A DNA stretch of 23,369 bases from Ginkgo biloba. Lineage: Eukaryota > Plantae > Ginkgophyta. The position numbers were made by a program, and so were the translations under genes. Position 1 is the stretch's first letter. The number at the start of each line of letters is the position of its first letter. The notes under the pieces are model-generated. The model saw only the letters and a list, made by a program, of their open reading frames with translations. It was not told the origin of the DNA and searched no databases. The stretch is taken from contig JANKJI020000004.1 in the NCBI GenBank assembly GCA_024626585.2, positions 141,262,335 to 141,285,703 of the forward strand, in the 5' to 3' direction. This document shows positions 20,589 through 23,369 of the stretch, piece after piece.

Positions 20589-22353
20589 NNNNNNNNNNNN
20601 NNNNNNNNNNNNNNNNNNNNNNNNNNNNNNNNNNNNNNNNNNNNNNNNNNNNNNNNNNNNNNNNNNNNNNNNNNNNNNNNNNNNNNNNGTAGTTGCCATG
20701 TTGTGGATTTGAACTTTTAGGCTTGGTACCCAGGCTAATTATTTAATGATGATATAGAATTTGTCCACATACTAGTCATGATAAAAAGGAAATATAAAAT
20801 GAAATATTTAGGGTTTTGTAATTGAAAAATATATTGCATGTTATTTGAATGATAGTAACACTATGGATATGTATGCATAGTCCAACCTAAATCCAAAGTC
20901 ATGTAAAAGCCTACTCTATGATGATAAGGATAAAGAGGCATTTAATTGATTTATAAAAACATGTATGAATGATTTTCCATATACTCAAACTAGAACTTTG
21001 TAAGTGATTCTTTCATATATAAAAACTATTGATCTTTACGATCTTTTTACTAAATTTAAGGAGAGTAGTGGATTCAATTTAATTTTTGAAAATAAAATAT
21101 GGGCCATAATAATAGAGGAACTAGGATTTAGATGAGAGTGTAGGTACCATATATCAAATTAGTTTATGTCAAATAATTAAAAATACTAATCAAATGGTTG
21201 CAAAGAGGAAACAATCAAAAATATAATGGGAGAAAATTTAGGTCACCAAGATAGGATGAAGAATGGTCATAAATTTTTTTCACTAAAATGGAAGAAAAAT
21301 GATGAAATTCATCTTCAAGATTTTTGTCAAGGTGCAAGGCTTCCAAATATTACATTATTATATTAGATAATGATGGTTATATTTTTTAAGATTGGGATCA
21401 TAGTAATGATATGCAAGCCACTGCCACCACTAAGAGAATAAATTATTTTCTTTTAGACATGTTGGAATGGATCAATAGGGTTGTAATAAGTCCCTATGAT
21501 TCTACTATGTGATAATATTTCAAGAGATCTAGATAGAATGAGGAGTGGGTTTAGGAATATTGAGGTTAAGCCAATAGAGTTTGTGAACTTTTATATCTTC
21601 GTAGACAAGAATAACCCACGGCTAAAGAAGGTCCTATAATAGCCTATAACACCCAATGAAAGAGTCATGAGACTCTCTTCAATAACCCTATATAATTTTA
21701 AATCTTATTTAGGAGGAATATTGGGTTAAGGCCATCATGAAATAGTTTGGGATCATTAACATTGGCCATCCTTCCTTTATTTTTTAAAGAACTAACTCTA
21801 TAAATATTAATGAATGATGGGTTGAATGGATTAAGTTTAATCGCTAATGCTTAGTAATAGATTAATGATTAATACTTGGGTATGATCCACTAATAATATT
21901 CTCTAAGTCATCTCCCTCACTCTGTGTAAGAGTTTACAACTATCAAATCCCATCAAGAACCCAATCCAAGGTCATACCAAGTGACTTATCAGTTGAGGCC
22001 AAAGCTAGGTTCAATAATGCATAATGATATAAAGGATATACCATAATATTTTATATGCATAAAATAACTTATAATTAATAAGGATATTTACTCTATGTCC
22101 TAGTTGTTTTATTGAGACATTTTATCAAATATTTTTCATGCATCTTTAGCTTTTATAATTACGACATTTCATCATATATTTTGTATGAATCCTTAGTCTT
22201 TACGATTGAGACATTTCATCAAACATTTAATATGTACACTCATATTTTTATATNNNNNNNNNNNNNNNNNNNNNNNNNNNNNNNNNNNNNNNNNNNNNNN
22301 NNNNNNNNNNNNNNNNNNNNNNNNNNNNNNNNNNNNNNNNNNNNNNNNNNNNN

Positions 22354-22564
22354 TCTAGGATGGGTTCACAATTTATATTAATAAATAATATTCTAGACAA
22401 GTTGGACTATTCTATTGGAGGATATCTAGGAAAGGAACCCATAATGAATTTAAAACTCACGGGAAACCATAATGGTAAATCCTTCATTGATAATTCATAT
22501 TCAAACTTTATGATCACCTACATGGACCATTGTATTAAATGGATTAACAAGTATAATACTCTAC
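22354..22564 (+). mobile_element. Possible Ty1/Copia reverse transcriptase scrap
   Basis: INNILDKLD..KEPIMNLKLTGNHNGKSFIDNSY resembles Copia RT 'YIxxILxKF..TPMExNLKL..DG..VD...Y'. Bounded by gaps. Confidence 0.3.
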
Positions 22565-22808
22565 NNNNNNNNNNNNNNNNNNNNNNNNNNNNNNNNNNNN
22601 NNNNNNNNNNNNNNNNNNNTATCTAATATCTTCAACAATTTAGATATATGATCAAGACATCATTCTAAAAATTAAAGCATTGAAATAATTGAAGGAACAT
22701 TGGCTAAACCTTTTTCTATGTCAAAGATGGATGATTGAGTTGATTGTTTCTTATTCTATATGGGCTAATTGACTTGAGGCTTGGTGGATGAAAATGATGT
22801 AGATGGTT

Positions 22809-23024
22809 TTAGCCTTGGGATGCATAAGGGCCCCTAAGCTGATTAACTAATGATGTGGAGGGATTCTTCTGGTCTTGTTGAGCCATAGATCTAGTTATAA
22901 CCATGACATCATCATGTATAATAACATGCATAATCTTCATAGAAGAAAATGGGTCAAGCCTAAGTAGCACATTATTGATGGACTGAGATGAACTCCTAGT
23001 TGGATAAACTAGAACCCATGCCAT
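22809..23024 (-). mobile_element. Possible Gypsy polyprotein linker remnant
   Basis: VMVITRSMAQQ resembles the 'VxxxTRS' motif common in Gypsy polyproteins. Single motif only. Confidence 0.25.
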
Positions 23025-23369
23025 AGATTGAGGTAATGTTGCTAGAATGGTTGGTGGACTAGTGGTTGTTGTAACGTGGAAGAAGGTTCATGCAAAGCTT
23101 CATTTAATAGTACTAATGGATAAGTAGAAAAATCCTTTTAAATAGACTTTGGTGTAAGACCATGGTCTTGTATATATTTGAGATATTTATTTATATACTA
23201 TACTACTAAAAACACATTGTTTGACCATTTTTTGCAAATTCATTTTATCTAACCAATTCTTTTTACTTAAATTTGTATTTTCTTACATATTCTACCATAT
23301 AATAAATGTGTATTAGAAAGATGGAAAATTATTTTTTTTCATAATTAATGCATGATAAATGAGAATGAA

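Noticed and set aside
22111-22229. Three short gacatttcatca-like repeats
   Set aside because: Real but short, AT-rich and next to a gap; no functional inference possible.
14569-22626. ORFs containing X runs
   Set aside because: They stay open only because they cross N gaps.

Overview
AT-rich eukaryotic genomic DNA from a draft assembly with many N gaps, several about 100 N long and therefore probably unsized. It is most likely a large-genome land plant; gymnosperm-like is an inference from the retroelement types and decay pattern. I can support no intact protein-coding gene, RNA gene, CRISPR array or prokaryotic system. The flanks (1-7300 and 14750-23369) are heavily decayed retroelements: Ty3/Gypsy gag, protease, RNase H and integrase-tail remnants, a LINE ORF1-like remnant and a possible Copia RT scrap, with many stops at Gln-type positions. 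The centre (~7350-14650) is different. It holds a decayed CACTA/En-Spm TnpD-like remnant, a foldback hairpin, a DnaJ/HSP40 first exon with heat-shock-element-like upstream motifs, several local tandem duplications, and a CpG-retaining island. That island carries a beta-tubulin pseudogene shrunk by many small deletions but still colinear from its ATG. Most of these calls come from manual translation and recalled family consensus motifs, not from the ORF track or any database search.
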